Made by a program: the position numbers and the translations under genes
The notes under the pieces: generated by a model
Database searches by the model: none
What the model was told of the DNA's origin: nothing
What the model saw: the letters and a program-made list of their open reading frames with translations, nothing else
Assembly: GCA_037131775.1 (NCBI GenBank)
Contig: JBAXQK010000003.1
Span: 12,439 to 76,438, forward strand
Direction: 5' to 3'
DNA length: 64,000 bases
Source of the DNA: Candidatus Uhrbacteria bacterium
GTDB lineage: Bacteria > Patescibacteriota > Patescibacteriia > UBA9934 > GWF2-40-263
Shown: positions 1 through 9,790 of the stretch, in pieces
How positions within the stretch are numbered: position 1 is the first letter of the stretch
Layout: the number at the start of each line of letters is the position of its first letter

Positions 1-606
1 GGCCCAATCGTCCGTCTTGCCGTTTCTACCGGCATTATCGGCATAGTACGCGAAGATCTCATCGATCGCCACGTCATAGCCGCTTCGTTTCGTTGGGTCG
101 ATCGTATGGGTCATCTCGTGGCGAATCACTCCTGCGCCCTCGCCCGAGACGATCAGCTGCACGTCCTTGATTCCCCTCGCCTTTGCCTCGGGAAACACAA
201 CAACAAACCCGGCCGCCTTCCCGTGATGCTCCTCGGGTCTCATCGTGAAAAGCGCGCCAATTTGATTCAGCAATGCGCGGTCTGTTACGACGAATACCGG
301 ACGGACGATCTTTTTCCGCGCAATGGACGAGACGTCCTTGCTGTCCGCGATGACCACGGAGATCGACGACCGCTCGGCGGCCGTGAGAGGAAAATTACGA
401 CGGTCGCGAGGCAAGAGGTCAAGCTGCGGCTTTAAGACGGACAGCAAAATGTCCGCGTGCGAAACTCCGTCCTCGACCATCTTCCCCAGCCGCTCCGTAA
501 TTACCAGATATTCCGCCTCCCGCCGCTCGTCCAACGAAAACTCCCGGCCTTCCTTGGCAAGCTGACGCTTTCTGAGCACCTCCGGCGTGGGAGGCTTTTC
601 CGTCAT
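1..606 (-). CDS. Partial ORF (runs off left edge) with HEMTH (HExxH) motif; putative zinc metallopeptidase-like protein
   Basis: Manual minus-strand translation starts MTEKPPTPEVLRKRQ... and contains ...GVIRHEMTHTIDP...; not in ORF track because it has no stop inside the window; GC3-rich frame. Confidence 0.4.
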   Translation of the reverse strand, partial: MTEKPPTPEVLRKRQLAKEGREFSLDERREAEYLVITERLGKMVEDGVSHADILLSVLKPQLDLLPRDRRNFPLTAAERSSISVVIADSKDVSSIARKKIVRPVFVVTDRALLNQIGALFTMRPEEHHGKAAGFVVVFPEAKARGIKDVQLIVSGEGAGVIRHEMTHTIDPTKRSGYDVAIDEIFAYYADNAGRNGKTDDWA

Positions 607-699
607 CTTCGAAAAATCGATTCCGGTTGATTCTCCCATAGTTTCCGCATGATACCACAACCAAAAGACGGAACCCACTCGGGCTCCGTCTCGTTCTCA

Positions 700-2523
<1,824 letters not shown>

Positions 2524-2670
2524 AGATGGGGATAAATACCCGCGGATAATACAGGATTACGACGAAAGAGTCAAGGACGGAACCTTGATATTTCGGCGTA
2601 AATTTAGCGATTTTTAAATTGAAGGGTCGATGTCAAGACCGTTTGAGGACAAACCGGCCGTTGAGAACAG

Positions 2671-2700
2671 AAAAACATCCCGCATTTGCGGGATGTTTTT
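2671..2700 (-). terminator. Rho-independent terminator hairpin (catcccgca-tt-tgcgggatg) flanked by A/T tracts, downstream of tRNA-Lys
   Basis: Perfect 9-bp stem with T-tract on the minus strand. Confidence 0.6.
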
Positions 2701-2702
2701 CT

Positions 2703-2777
2703 GGTGCGCTGGGTGGGGATCGGACCCACGACCGCGGGCTTAAAAGGCCCTCGCTCTACCACTGAGCTACCAGCGCG
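2703..2777 (-). tRNA. tRNA-Lys (anticodon UUU), CCA encoded
   Basis: Cloverleaf by eye: acceptor GCGCUGG/CCAGCGC, D-arm GCUCAGUGGUAGAGC, anticodon loop CUUUUAA; T-loop UCCGAUC is slightly atypical. Confidence 0.8.
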
Positions 2778-2882
2778 TATTTGCGCCGAGATCATAACAA
2801 AAGATATCGCTCTTGACAACCCTCTTGCGATCTATTGGCCGCCAGCTATAATGTCCCTACATAATTTCTAAATTTCTTTTGT

Positions 2883-3035
2883 ATGGCAGACACTGGGGTC
2901 TGTACTCGCTGCGGTGCTGGCGAGAACGGTGACGAGGTTGAGTTGAACGAGATCGGCCTGTGCGTCGACTGCGAGGGCGAGGAGAGCCCGGACGGCCTGG
3001 AGAAGATGGACATGGGTCTGGACGAAGAAGCATAA
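2883..3035 (+). CDS. Small zinc-ribbon protein (50 aa; CxxC...CxxC)
   Basis: MADTGVCTRCGAGENGDEVELNEIGLCVDCEGEESPDGLEKMDMGLDEEA; below ORF-track size cutoff; followed directly by a terminator; AT-rich upstream. Confidence 0.5.
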   Translation: MADTGVCTRCGAGENGDEVELNEIGLCVDCEGEESPDGLEKMDMGLDEEA

Positions 3036-3041
3036 TCGAAA

Positions 3042-3073
3042 ACGTCCTCCGCGAATTGCGGGGGACGTTTTTT
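3042..3073 (+). terminator. Rho-independent terminator (acgtcctccgc...gcgggggacgt + TTTTTT)
   Basis: GC-rich stem plus T-tract immediately after the small ORF stop. Confidence 0.6.
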
Positions 3074-3080
3074 GTCCCTG

Positions 3081-4235
3081 TCATTGCGAGGTCATAGCCG
3101 AAGCAATCTTTTGGAGACGCTGGACGATCGTCGCGGCGACGTCCGTCCTCAGCAGCTTCTGAACATTGTCGCCAAGCGACCGTCGACGCTGTTCGTCGCG
3201 CAGCAACCCGCGAATCGCCTCGAGACACTCCTGCGGACTCGTGGCATCCTCGCAAAGGACGACTGCCGCCTCGCCCGCCTCGAGAACCCGCGCATTGTCC
3301 TCCTGCGGCGAATTCGGCAGCGGAACGACGATCGCCGCCTTCCCTCTCGCGGAAAGGTCCGAGATCGTTCCCATCCCGGCGCGACACACGACCAGGTCCG
3401 CGGCGGTCAGCGCGTCGGACATCGCCTCGGTAAGCAGCTCGACCGCGACGTAGTTGTCGCCCATGGATTCAAGCGTCGGCGTCATCTTGCCCGTCCCGAC
3501 GATGTGGATCACGTTCGCGGTCTCCGCGATCTCGCGCCCGATCGTTTCCATGAGGCGGTTCAGGAACAGCGCACCTCCGCCTCCGCCGAAGACAAGGACT
3601 GTTGGGCGCGAGGGGTCAAGACCGAAGCGACGAACGTAGGACTCGTGAAAACCCGACGGGACTAGAGTCCCTGGGAATTCCGTCGAGACGGGACTAAAGT
3701 CCCTGGGAAACGAGTTCACAGGGACTTTAGTCCCGTTCGCTCGCACAGGATTCCCCACCCACGCCGACTTCCCCTTCGGAAACGCCGCGAGCGACGATTC
3801 CCAGGCCGTCGAGATCCACGTCGCGAACGGGACGACGAGACGGCTCGACAGGATCGGACGAACGTCCTGCTGGTGGAGCCACGACGGGATCCCGAGCAGG
3901 CGCGCGGCGACGATGAGCGGAACGCCAGTAAATCCTCCCGCGGACGCGACAAGGTTCGGCTGTTCGTCCTTCAGAATCCCCCACGACTGCCGCGCCGCCC
4001 GAAACAGGTTCACCGGCAGCGTCAGCCACTCGACCGACGGATATCGCGTCAGACGCGCGACGGGAATCGAAACGAACCGCAGCCCCGCCGCCTCCACGAC
4101 CTTCCGGTCCGGCCCGCCCGGCGTCCCGACCCAAACGAACTCAACCGCAGGATCGACGACGCGCCAAGCCTCCGCGACGGCCAGAAGCGGCGTCACGGGC
4201 CCGAGCGTTCCTCCGCCGGCGAATAATATCTTCAT
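3081..4235 (-). CDS. murG: UDP-GlcNAc:lipid I N-acetylglucosaminyltransferase MurG
   Basis: MKILFAGGGTLGPVTP..., GNPVR, VLVFGGGGGA, VVCRAGMGTISD motifs; start taken at the internal Met (ORF-track N-extension unlikely); carries an extra ~25-aa loop encoded by a nucleotide repeat. Confidence 0.88.
   Translation of the reverse strand: MKILFAGGGTLGPVTPLLAVAEAWRVVDPAVEFVWVGTPGGPDRKVVEAAGLRFVSIPVARLTRYPSVEWLTLPVNLFRAARQSWGILKDEQPNLVASAGGFTGVPLIVAARLLGIPSWLHQQDVRPILSSRLVVPFATWISTAWESSLAAFPKGKSAWVGNPVRANGTKVPVNSFPRDFSPVSTEFPGTLVPSGFHESYVRRFGLDPSRPTVLVFGGGGGALFLNRLMETIGREIAETANVIHIVGTGKMTPTLESMGDNYVAVELLTEAMSDALTAADLVVCRAGMGTISDLSARGKAAIVVPLPNSPQEDNARVLEAGEAAVVLCEDATSPQECLEAIRGLLRDEQRRRSLGDNVQKLLRTDVAATIVQRLQKIASAMTSQ
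3654..3740. repeat. Three copies (two direct, one inverted) of palindromic motif ACGGGACTARAGTCCCTG inside the murG coding sequence
   Basis: Copies at ~3656-3677, 3688-3709 and inverted at 3719-3736; motif core GGGAC-N4-GTCCC is self-complementary. Confidence 0.75.
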
Positions 4236-4322
4236 AGTCGCTGAGTCATTGAGTCGCTGAGTCGCTGAGTTGAAAATTCCCAAGCAATTTTCCTTCACTC
4301 AATCACTCAACGACTCAACGAC

Positions 4323-5441
4323 TTAATCACTTTTTCCTTTTCCATACCTCGAAATATTCAGAACCACCCCGATCGCGCACATGACGATTGCCATGGACGA
4401 TCCTCCGTAGGAAATAAGCGGGAGGGTGATGCCCGTCATGGGCATGATGGCTACCATGGACCCGATGTTGACGAACGCCTGCAGCACGAGCCAGACGCCG
4501 ATGCCCGTTGCGACGTATTTGCCGAACTTGTCCGGGGACTCGTCGGCGATCTTGAGCGTGCGCCACAAAAACACCAGGAACATCACAAGTACGAGGACGG
4601 CCACGACCATTCCCATCTCCTCGCCGATGACCGCATAGATGGAGTCGCCCTCCACCTCCGGAAGGTACTGGAACTTCTGGCGCGAATGGCCGTATCCGAG
4701 GCCGAAGATTCCTCCCGATCCGATGGCGAGCAACGCCTGGTTGATATGGTAGCCGATCCCCTGCGGATCGAGCTCCGGATTCAGAAAGGTCGTGAAGCGA
4801 GCCGCGCGGTACGGGGCGATGCCGATCAGAATCGCGAGCGTCGAAGCGCCCGCGGCGATCAGTCCTCCGACGTATACGAGCGGCGCGCCGGCGACGAAGT
4901 AGACGACGAGCGACATCGCCGCGATAATCGTCATCGTGCCGACGTCCGGCTGGAGAAAGAGGAGCATGAGAATGATACCGAGCGTTCCGATGAACGGAAG
5001 GAACCCGCCTTGCACGTCGCGAACGCCCATTTCCCCGCGCTTCTCGAGCCAGGCGGAAAGATAGAACAGGAAGGTTAGCTTCACGATTTCCGACGGCTGG
5101 AGCGAGAATAGCCCGGCGATGGAAATCCAGCTGTGCGCCGTTCCAATTCTGGCAGAGATGCCCGGGATGAATACGATGACGAGAAGCCCGATCGAGATCA
5201 GCAGCAGGTTCCAGGCGTTCTTTTTCCAAAACGTGTACGGAATGAGGCTGAAGCCGATCATTCCCGCGAGGCCCGGCAGGAATCCGAACACCAGCTGGTG
5301 GACGACGAAGTAATAGCTGTCCGAAAACCGCGCGTACCCTACCGGCGCCGAGGCCGAGGCGAGCATCATCATGCCGAACAGCGCGATCGCGGACACGATC
5401 GCAAGGTAGGTGTAATCGAAGGGGCGGAGTTCTTTTGCCAT
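4323..5441 (-). CDS. ftsW: SEDS-family peptidoglycan glycosyltransferase FtsW/RodA
   Basis: 372 aa polytopic protein; FtsW/RodA/SpoVE-type sequence; position between mraY and murG. Confidence 0.85.
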   Translation of the reverse strand: MAKELRPFDYTYLAIVSAIALFGMMMLASASAPVGYARFSDSYYFVVHQLVFGFLPGLAGMIGFSLIPYTFWKKNAWNLLLISIGLLVIVFIPGISARIGTAHSWISIAGLFSLQPSEIVKLTFLFYLSAWLEKRGEMGVRDVQGGFLPFIGTLGIILMLLFLQPDVGTMTIIAAMSLVVYFVAGAPLVYVGGLIAAGASTLAILIGIAPYRAARFTTFLNPELDPQGIGYHINQALLAIGSGGIFGLGYGHSRQKFQYLPEVEGDSIYAVIGEEMGMVVAVLVLVMFLVFLWRTLKIADESPDKFGKYVATGIGVWLVLQAFVNIGSMVAIMPMTGITLPLISYGGSSMAIVMCAIGVVLNISRYGKGKSD

Positions 5442-5445
5442 GTCG

Positions 5446-6501
5446 TTATCGCATCAATGCGTCGAGAAGGGCGAGGGCGATTCCGATCGCGGCGGAGACC
5501 ATCGAGATGACCCAGAGCCGCATGACGATCTGCGGCTCAAGCCAGCCGGAGGCTTCCAGGTGATGGTGGAATGGCGCCGACAGAAACAGCTTTTTCTTGA
5601 ACAGCTTGCGCCAGGAGATTTGGAAGATAACGGACAATGACTCGAGCACGAACACGATTCCAATCACCGGCAGGAGCAGCGCCGAGTTCGTGAGCATCGC
5701 CACGATGCCGAGCGTGACGCCGAGCGACATGGCGCCCGTGTCGCCCATGAAGAACTTGGCGGGATAGATGTTTTCCCACAGGAACGCCAGCAGTGCGCCG
5801 ATGATCACGCCGCAGAACGCCGACAGGTCGTAGTGGCCCTGCGCGAACGCGACGATGGCGTACGCGGCGAACGCGGTGAACAGCGTGCCTCCCGCGAGGC
5901 CGTCGAGGCCGTCCGTCTCGTTGACCGAGAACGCGGTGGCGACGATGACGAAGATGAAGAACGGAACGTACCAGATGCCCACGTGGAAATCGCCCATGAA
6001 CGGGACGTGCAGCAGGTCCCAATCCAGCTTGGCGCGGAACCACCAGGCGCCGATGACCGCGATCAGCGTGTAGATCGCCAGCCGGTGGCGGGCACGGAGA
6101 CCTCCGCCGTGCGCTCCGAGGCCGCGGATGTTGAAGTAGTCGTCGACGAATCCGACGATGGCCGAGGCGACGAGCGCGCCGAGCGGAAGAAGCGTCTCGG
6201 AACGCGACAGGAAGCTCAGGCGCTCGAGGAACGTTCCCGGCACGGCCTGAGAGAGGACGGAGAGGCCGACGGCAAGCAGGAGGACCGTTCCCCAGATCAG
6301 GATACCGCCCATGGTCGGCGTCCCAGATTTCTTCGCGTGCAATTTCGCGAACACCGGCGTCTCGGCTCCCGGACGAATCGACTTTCCCGCGCGCCAGTGC
6401 ACGAGCGCCCAAAGCAGCATCGGCATCCACGCGAATGCGACGCCGAACGAAAGCGCGGTAAGCACGAGAACTCGGACGATCTCTGATGTTTCTAGGGTCA
6501 T
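5446..6501 (-). CDS. mraY: Phospho-N-acetylmuramoyl-pentapeptide transferase MraY
   Basis: 351 aa; conserved MraY blocks (DD...GLDGLAGG..., HH motif region); 10 TM-like segments. Confidence 0.9.
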   Translation of the reverse strand: MTLETSEIVRVLVLTALSFGVAFAWMPMLLWALVHWRAGKSIRPGAETPVFAKLHAKKSGTPTMGGILIWGTVLLLAVGLSVLSQAVPGTFLERLSFLSRSETLLPLGALVASAIVGFVDDYFNIRGLGAHGGGLRARHRLAIYTLIAVIGAWWFRAKLDWDLLHVPFMGDFHVGIWYVPFFIFVIVATAFSVNETDGLDGLAGGTLFTAFAAYAIVAFAQGHYDLSAFCGVIIGALLAFLWENIYPAKFFMGDTGAMSLGVTLGIVAMLTNSALLLPVIGIVFVLESLSVIFQISWRKLFKKKLFLSAPFHHHLEASGWLEPQIVMRLWVISMVSAAIGIALALLDALMR

Positions 6502-6884
6502 AGGTTCAGGAGGACGATCAGGACCATCGACACGAGCAGAATTGCCTCGGTCGCCACGGTCGCGACGGCGAAGAATGTCGACAGAACCTTTTCGCGCTTA
6601 GACAGGAAAATCTGAAAGATCGTGTTAATGACCAGAAGCGCCAGCCCGATCGCCGGAAGCACGAACACCTGCTGCCATGGGCCGGACTCGTCGATGCCCA
6701 TGTAGACGTTGTAATGCAGCGGGATGAACGGGGTCGTGCTGGCGATTGGAAGGATCCTCCATGCCGGGAGCGCGAACGTCATTAACAGCAAGACGCCGGA
6801 GACAATCGTCGTCCGGCGGTACAATTTGGATGTCTTGAGCAGGTCCCTGAGGTCTTTTCGAAGCATGAGCACATTATACCGCAT
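6498..6884 (-). CDS. Hypothetical small membrane protein (3-4 TM)
   Basis: 128 aa hydrophobic ORF; 4-nt overlap with the mraY start suggests co-translation in the operon. Confidence 0.55.
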   Translation of the reverse strand: MRYNVLMLRKDLRDLLKTSKLYRRTTIVSGVLLLMTFALPAWRILPIASTTPFIPLHYNVYMGIDESGPWQQVFVLPAIGLALLVINTIFQIFLSKREKVLSTFFAVATVATEAILLVSMVLIVLLNL

Positions 6885-7152
6885 CTTCGTCGTCGACGGA
6901 TACGACCTCCTTGACCACGTCCGGAAACGCGTCGGTCAGCGCCATCTCGATCCCCATCTTCAGTGTGATCTTGGACATCGGACAGCCGCGGCAGGCTCCC
7001 TCGAGGCGAACGCGGACGACTCCCGTTGCCTCGTCAAAACTCACCAACTGAATATCCCCGCCATCCATGCGGAGGGCGGGGCGTACTTGATTCAGGACCT
7101 GTTCGATTCGGTCGCGCATAGGGGAAGGGGTCAAGGGTTTCGATGGGTTCAA
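6874..7152 (-). CDS. NifU-like (Nfu) Fe-S cluster scaffold domain protein
   Basis: ...GGDIQLVSFDEATGVVRVRLEGACRGCPMS... CxxC NifU C-terminal domain signature. Confidence 0.78.
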   Translation of the reverse strand: MNPSKPLTPSPMRDRIEQVLNQVRPALRMDGGDIQLVSFDEATGVVRVRLEGACRGCPMSKITLKMGIEMALTDAFPDVVKEVVSVDDEDAV

Positions 7153-7204
7153 AGGTTTCGAGGGGTAATTTTCCCTAGATCCCTTTGACCCCTTCGACCC
7201 CCTC
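7137..7204. repeat. Imperfect palindromic/direct repeats (GGGTCAAGGG / GGTTTCGA units) filling the rpmA-nfu intergenic space
   Basis: gaaggggtcaagggtttcgatgggttcaaaggtttcgagggg...ccctttgaccccttcgaccccc; can fold into an extended hairpin ending at the nfu ATG. Confidence 0.4.
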
Positions 7205-7489
7205 TTATGCCTTCACCTCGATCACGTTCGCGTACGTTGCGCGCTTCAGGGCGCCCGTAAAGTTCGTGCGCATCTTCTTGGAAAACTTCACCATGCCGTC
7301 GATTCCGGCGTAGATGGTGTCGTCCTTCCCCTTTTTCACGCCGGCTCCCGGGTGAATCTTGGTGCCGCGCTGGCGAACGATGATCTGACCGGCCAACGCG
7401 CGGTCGCCATCCGAAATTTTCACGCCGAGGCGCTGACCCTGAGAATCGCGACCAAGGGATGTAGAACCTGCTGCTTTTTTATGTGCCAT
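7205..7489 (-). CDS. rpmA: 50S ribosomal protein L27
   Basis: [24 protein letters not shown]...GGIDGMVKF, classic L27 sequence. Confidence 0.95.
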   Translation of the reverse strand: MAHKKAAGSTSLGRDSQGQRLGVKISDGDRALAGQIIVRQRGTKIHPGAGVKKGKDDTIYAGIDGMVKFSKKMRTNFTGALKRATYANVIEVKA

Positions 7490-7544
7490 AATTGGGTGAA
7501 AACTCGAAGCAAGAAGCTCGAAGTTCGAAGAGTAATAACGCCGG

Positions 7545-7573
7545 AAATGTACAGGAAAGGCAGGATTGTGTCA
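7545..7573 (-). promoter_or_regulatory. Putative sigma70-like promoter of the rpmA operon (-35 TTGACA, 17-nt spacer, -10 TACATT on the minus strand)
   Basis: Read on the minus strand upstream of rpmA; the leader contains CTTCGA x3 repeats and no obvious SD. Confidence 0.35.
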
Positions 7574-7602
7574 AACCATTCTGTGAATCTTGGGTAAAAG
7601 GA

Positions 7603-7626
7603 CAAAAAAAGAACCGCGATGCGGTT
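7603..7626 (-). terminator. Rho-independent terminator (gaaccgc-gat-gcggttc + T7 on the minus strand)
   Basis: Perfect 7-bp stem 3 nt after the stop of the 7630..8028 gene. Confidence 0.6.
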
Positions 7627-7629
7627 CAG

Positions 7630-8028
7630 TCAGCTCTGTTCGAGACGAGCGATTTCCGCGTCAATCGGGCGAAGTTCCCGATTCGTGTGGACGAAGTTCC
7701 ACAGGTTCAGGACGAGGACGAGTCCGAACGGGGCCGACAAGGCGAGCCTTGTCTCTCCCTCAGACTCGAACATGCGACCCATGACAAGCATCATAACGCC
7801 CGTCTCGACCCCGATCGCGAGCGGAACCGTGAAGATCGTCACGTAGAATGCCCTGGCCCGCGCCATCCACACGATCGCATCCCGCTGTTCCCGCAGCTCC
7901 CCGTGCTTCACCGGATCCAAAATCGGCTTTCGAATCGGCGAACGTCCGCCCGGATATATCCTGAATCTTCCTCGATCCATTTGTGCCTCCCTTCGATCAA
8001 AGCTATCGCGTTTGGTCGAAACGGTCAA
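7630..8028 (-). CDS. Hypothetical membrane protein (2 TM)
   Basis: 132 aa ORF with two hydrophobic helices; own terminator. Confidence 0.5.
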   Translation of the reverse strand: MTVSTKRDSFDRREAQMDRGRFRIYPGGRSPIRKPILDPVKHGELREQRDAIVWMARARAFYVTIFTVPLAIGVETGVMMLVMGRMFESEGETRLALSAPFGLVLVLNLWNFVHTNRELRPIDAEIARLEQS

Positions 8029-8054
8029 AATTCAAACAAAAAAATACCTCCGCC

Positions 8055-9617
8055 TCAGTAGGCGAAGGTGAACGTGGAGCCAGAGGACTCGATGGCGACG
8101 CTGACGTCGGTGAGCGTCTCGTCGACGTACCAGTGGTCCATGTTGGCCAGGCTGATGATGCCGTCCGCGTCGGTGGCGTACGGGCTGAAGCCGGTACGGC
8201 CTATTGAGATGGTCGTAGAGAAGCCGTCGCCGCCGTACGTTCCGTCCATGTCCGAGTAGCTTTTGTCAGTTGCCACGAGCATGATTCGGGCCGGCGAGAA
8301 TCCGGTGGTTTCCCAGGCATCCTCGTATCCGACGGGGACCGTGATCGTCACCTGGAAGCCGATCCCGTCGTTGTGGATCGCGACGGCCACCTCGCAGTCG
8401 GCGGTCGGCTCGTCGATGCCGGCCGTGCCGTCGCAGTCGAGATCTTCCGACGAGCAGCCCTCGTCAACGCCGGGGTGGACGCTCGCGTCGCGGTCGTCGC
8501 AGTCGTCCTCGCAGCCGAGGTACCCGTCGCCGTCCGCGTCGGAACCGGGAAAGGTCGAGGTGTCCGAGTCGTCGCAGTCGTCGCCGACCGTCGTCGCGTT
8601 CCAGAACGCGGTCGGATTGCAGGTGACATCGGTCACGCCCGGGTCGCCGTAGCCGTCCCGGTCGCCGTCGTTGTACCAGGTCATCGCATCCACCGCGTCA
8701 TTGTCGACCTGCCCGTCGCAGTCGTTGTCGCTCCAGTCGCAGATCTCGGGAGCGCCGGGATAGCTGACCGGGTTCCAGTCCTCGCAGTCGGTGGCATCCG
8801 CGACGTAGCCTTCAGGCTGATCGCAGGCGAACTCGACCTTTCCGGAATCGCCGAACCCGTCGGCGTCGCTGTCGAGGTAGAACGGCGTTCCGTCCTCGGG
8901 ATCGTCGTCGACTTCCCCGCTGCAGTCGTTGTCCACGCCGTCGCAGAGCTCTGTCGCCGCGGTCCGGATCGCCGGGTCCGCGTCGTCGCAGTCGTACCCT
9001 TTCGTCGCGTAGCCGTCGACGGGACGCTCGCAGGCGATGACCATGACGTCGGGGTTGCCCTCGAAGTCGCCGTCCGCGTCCGCATAGAACGTCTTTCCGT
9101 CCACGGGCTCCTCGTCGACCGCGCCGTCGCAGTCGTCGTCGAGCCCGTCGCACGTTTCGATCCCGGCCGGGCTGACGGCGGCGTTTCCGTCGTCGCAGTC
9201 CGTGCCGTCCGCGACGTATGCGGAAATCGTCTCGCAGGAGACGAACGGGGCGTTCGGATCGCCGAACCCGTCGGCGTCCGCATCGGCGAACCATGAGGTC
9301 GCGTCGAGCGAATCCGTCGGATCGACCGCGCCGTCGCAGTCGTCGTCGATCCCGTTGCAGAGCTCATCCGCGCCGGGGTGAACCTTCGGCCTCGCGTCAT
9401 CGCAGTCGTCCGCGTTGTCCGCGTAGTACCGGAGCTTGACGCACGACGAGATCGTCTCGCCGTTCGCGTCACCGTACCCGTCGTCGTCCGCATCCGTGTA
9501 AAACGTCGCGGGTTCCTGGCCGTCGACGCAGGGTGACGAGTTCGACGGAGAAACGGAATCGTTGGTCGTAGCGATCGTGGGGTTCTGGCAGGCAATCGTC
9601 AGCAAAAGAGCGAGCAT
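8055..9617 (-). CDS. Secreted lipoprotein with tandem Asp/Cys-rich putative metal-binding (MopE-like) repeats
   Basis: Lipobox LLTIAC after an internal Met; repeated DxDxDGYGD...CDDxDxxxxPGAxExCDGxDxDCDG units about 8 times. Confidence 0.75.
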   Translation of the reverse strand: MLALLLTIACQNPTIATTNDSVSPSNSSPCVDGQEPATFYTDADDDGYGDANGETISSCVKLRYYADNADDCDDARPKVHPGADELCNGIDDDCDGAVDPTDSLDATSWFADADADGFGDPNAPFVSCETISAYVADGTDCDDGNAAVSPAGIETCDGLDDDCDGAVDEEPVDGKTFYADADGDFEGNPDVMVIACERPVDGYATKGYDCDDADPAIRTAATELCDGVDNDCSGEVDDDPEDGTPFYLDSDADGFGDSGKVEFACDQPEGYVADATDCEDWNPVSYPGAPEICDWSDNDCDGQVDNDAVDAMTWYNDGDRDGYGDPGVTDVTCNPTAFWNATTVGDDCDDSDTSTFPGSDADGDGYLGCEDDCDDRDASVHPGVDEGCSSEDLDCDGTAGIDEPTADCEVAVAIHNDGIGFQVTITVPVGYEDAWETTGFSPARIMLVATDKSYSDMDGTYGGDGFSTTISIGRTGFSPYATDADGIISLANMDHWYVDETLTDVSVAIESSGSTFTFAY

Positions 9618-9730
9618 CGTGTGTATTCCTCTGGTTTGGTTGGGTATCGGTCCGGCCACGCCGGCCGCCGACGGTATCAAGAACGAGGCTGTTTGTCAAT
9701 CGTTACATGGGGAGAACCGTTGCGTTTGCG

Positions 9731-9759
9731 TTGACATACGGTCATTTTTCTGCTATTCT
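9731..9759 (+). promoter_or_regulatory. Putative promoter (-35 TTGACA 9731-9736, 17-nt spacer, -10 TATTCT 9754-9759)
   Basis: Consensus-like hexamers about 30 nt upstream of the SD (AGGAGG) and ATG at 9791. Confidence 0.4.
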
Positions 9760-9790
9760 CTCCCCTTCTCACACAAACAGGAGGTGCGAG

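Noticed and set aside
2857-3387. 176-aa minus-strand ORF spanning the typA-murG gap
   Set aside because: Arg-rich junk translation; the region is better explained by the small plus-strand zinc-ribbon ORF, its terminator, and the 3' end of murG
8055-9680. Nucleotide-level tandem repeats considered as a possible CRISPR or VNTR array
   Set aside because: Repeats are in-frame protein repeats (MopE-like units) of variable sequence, with no spacer/repeat regularity; no cas genes anywhere in the window
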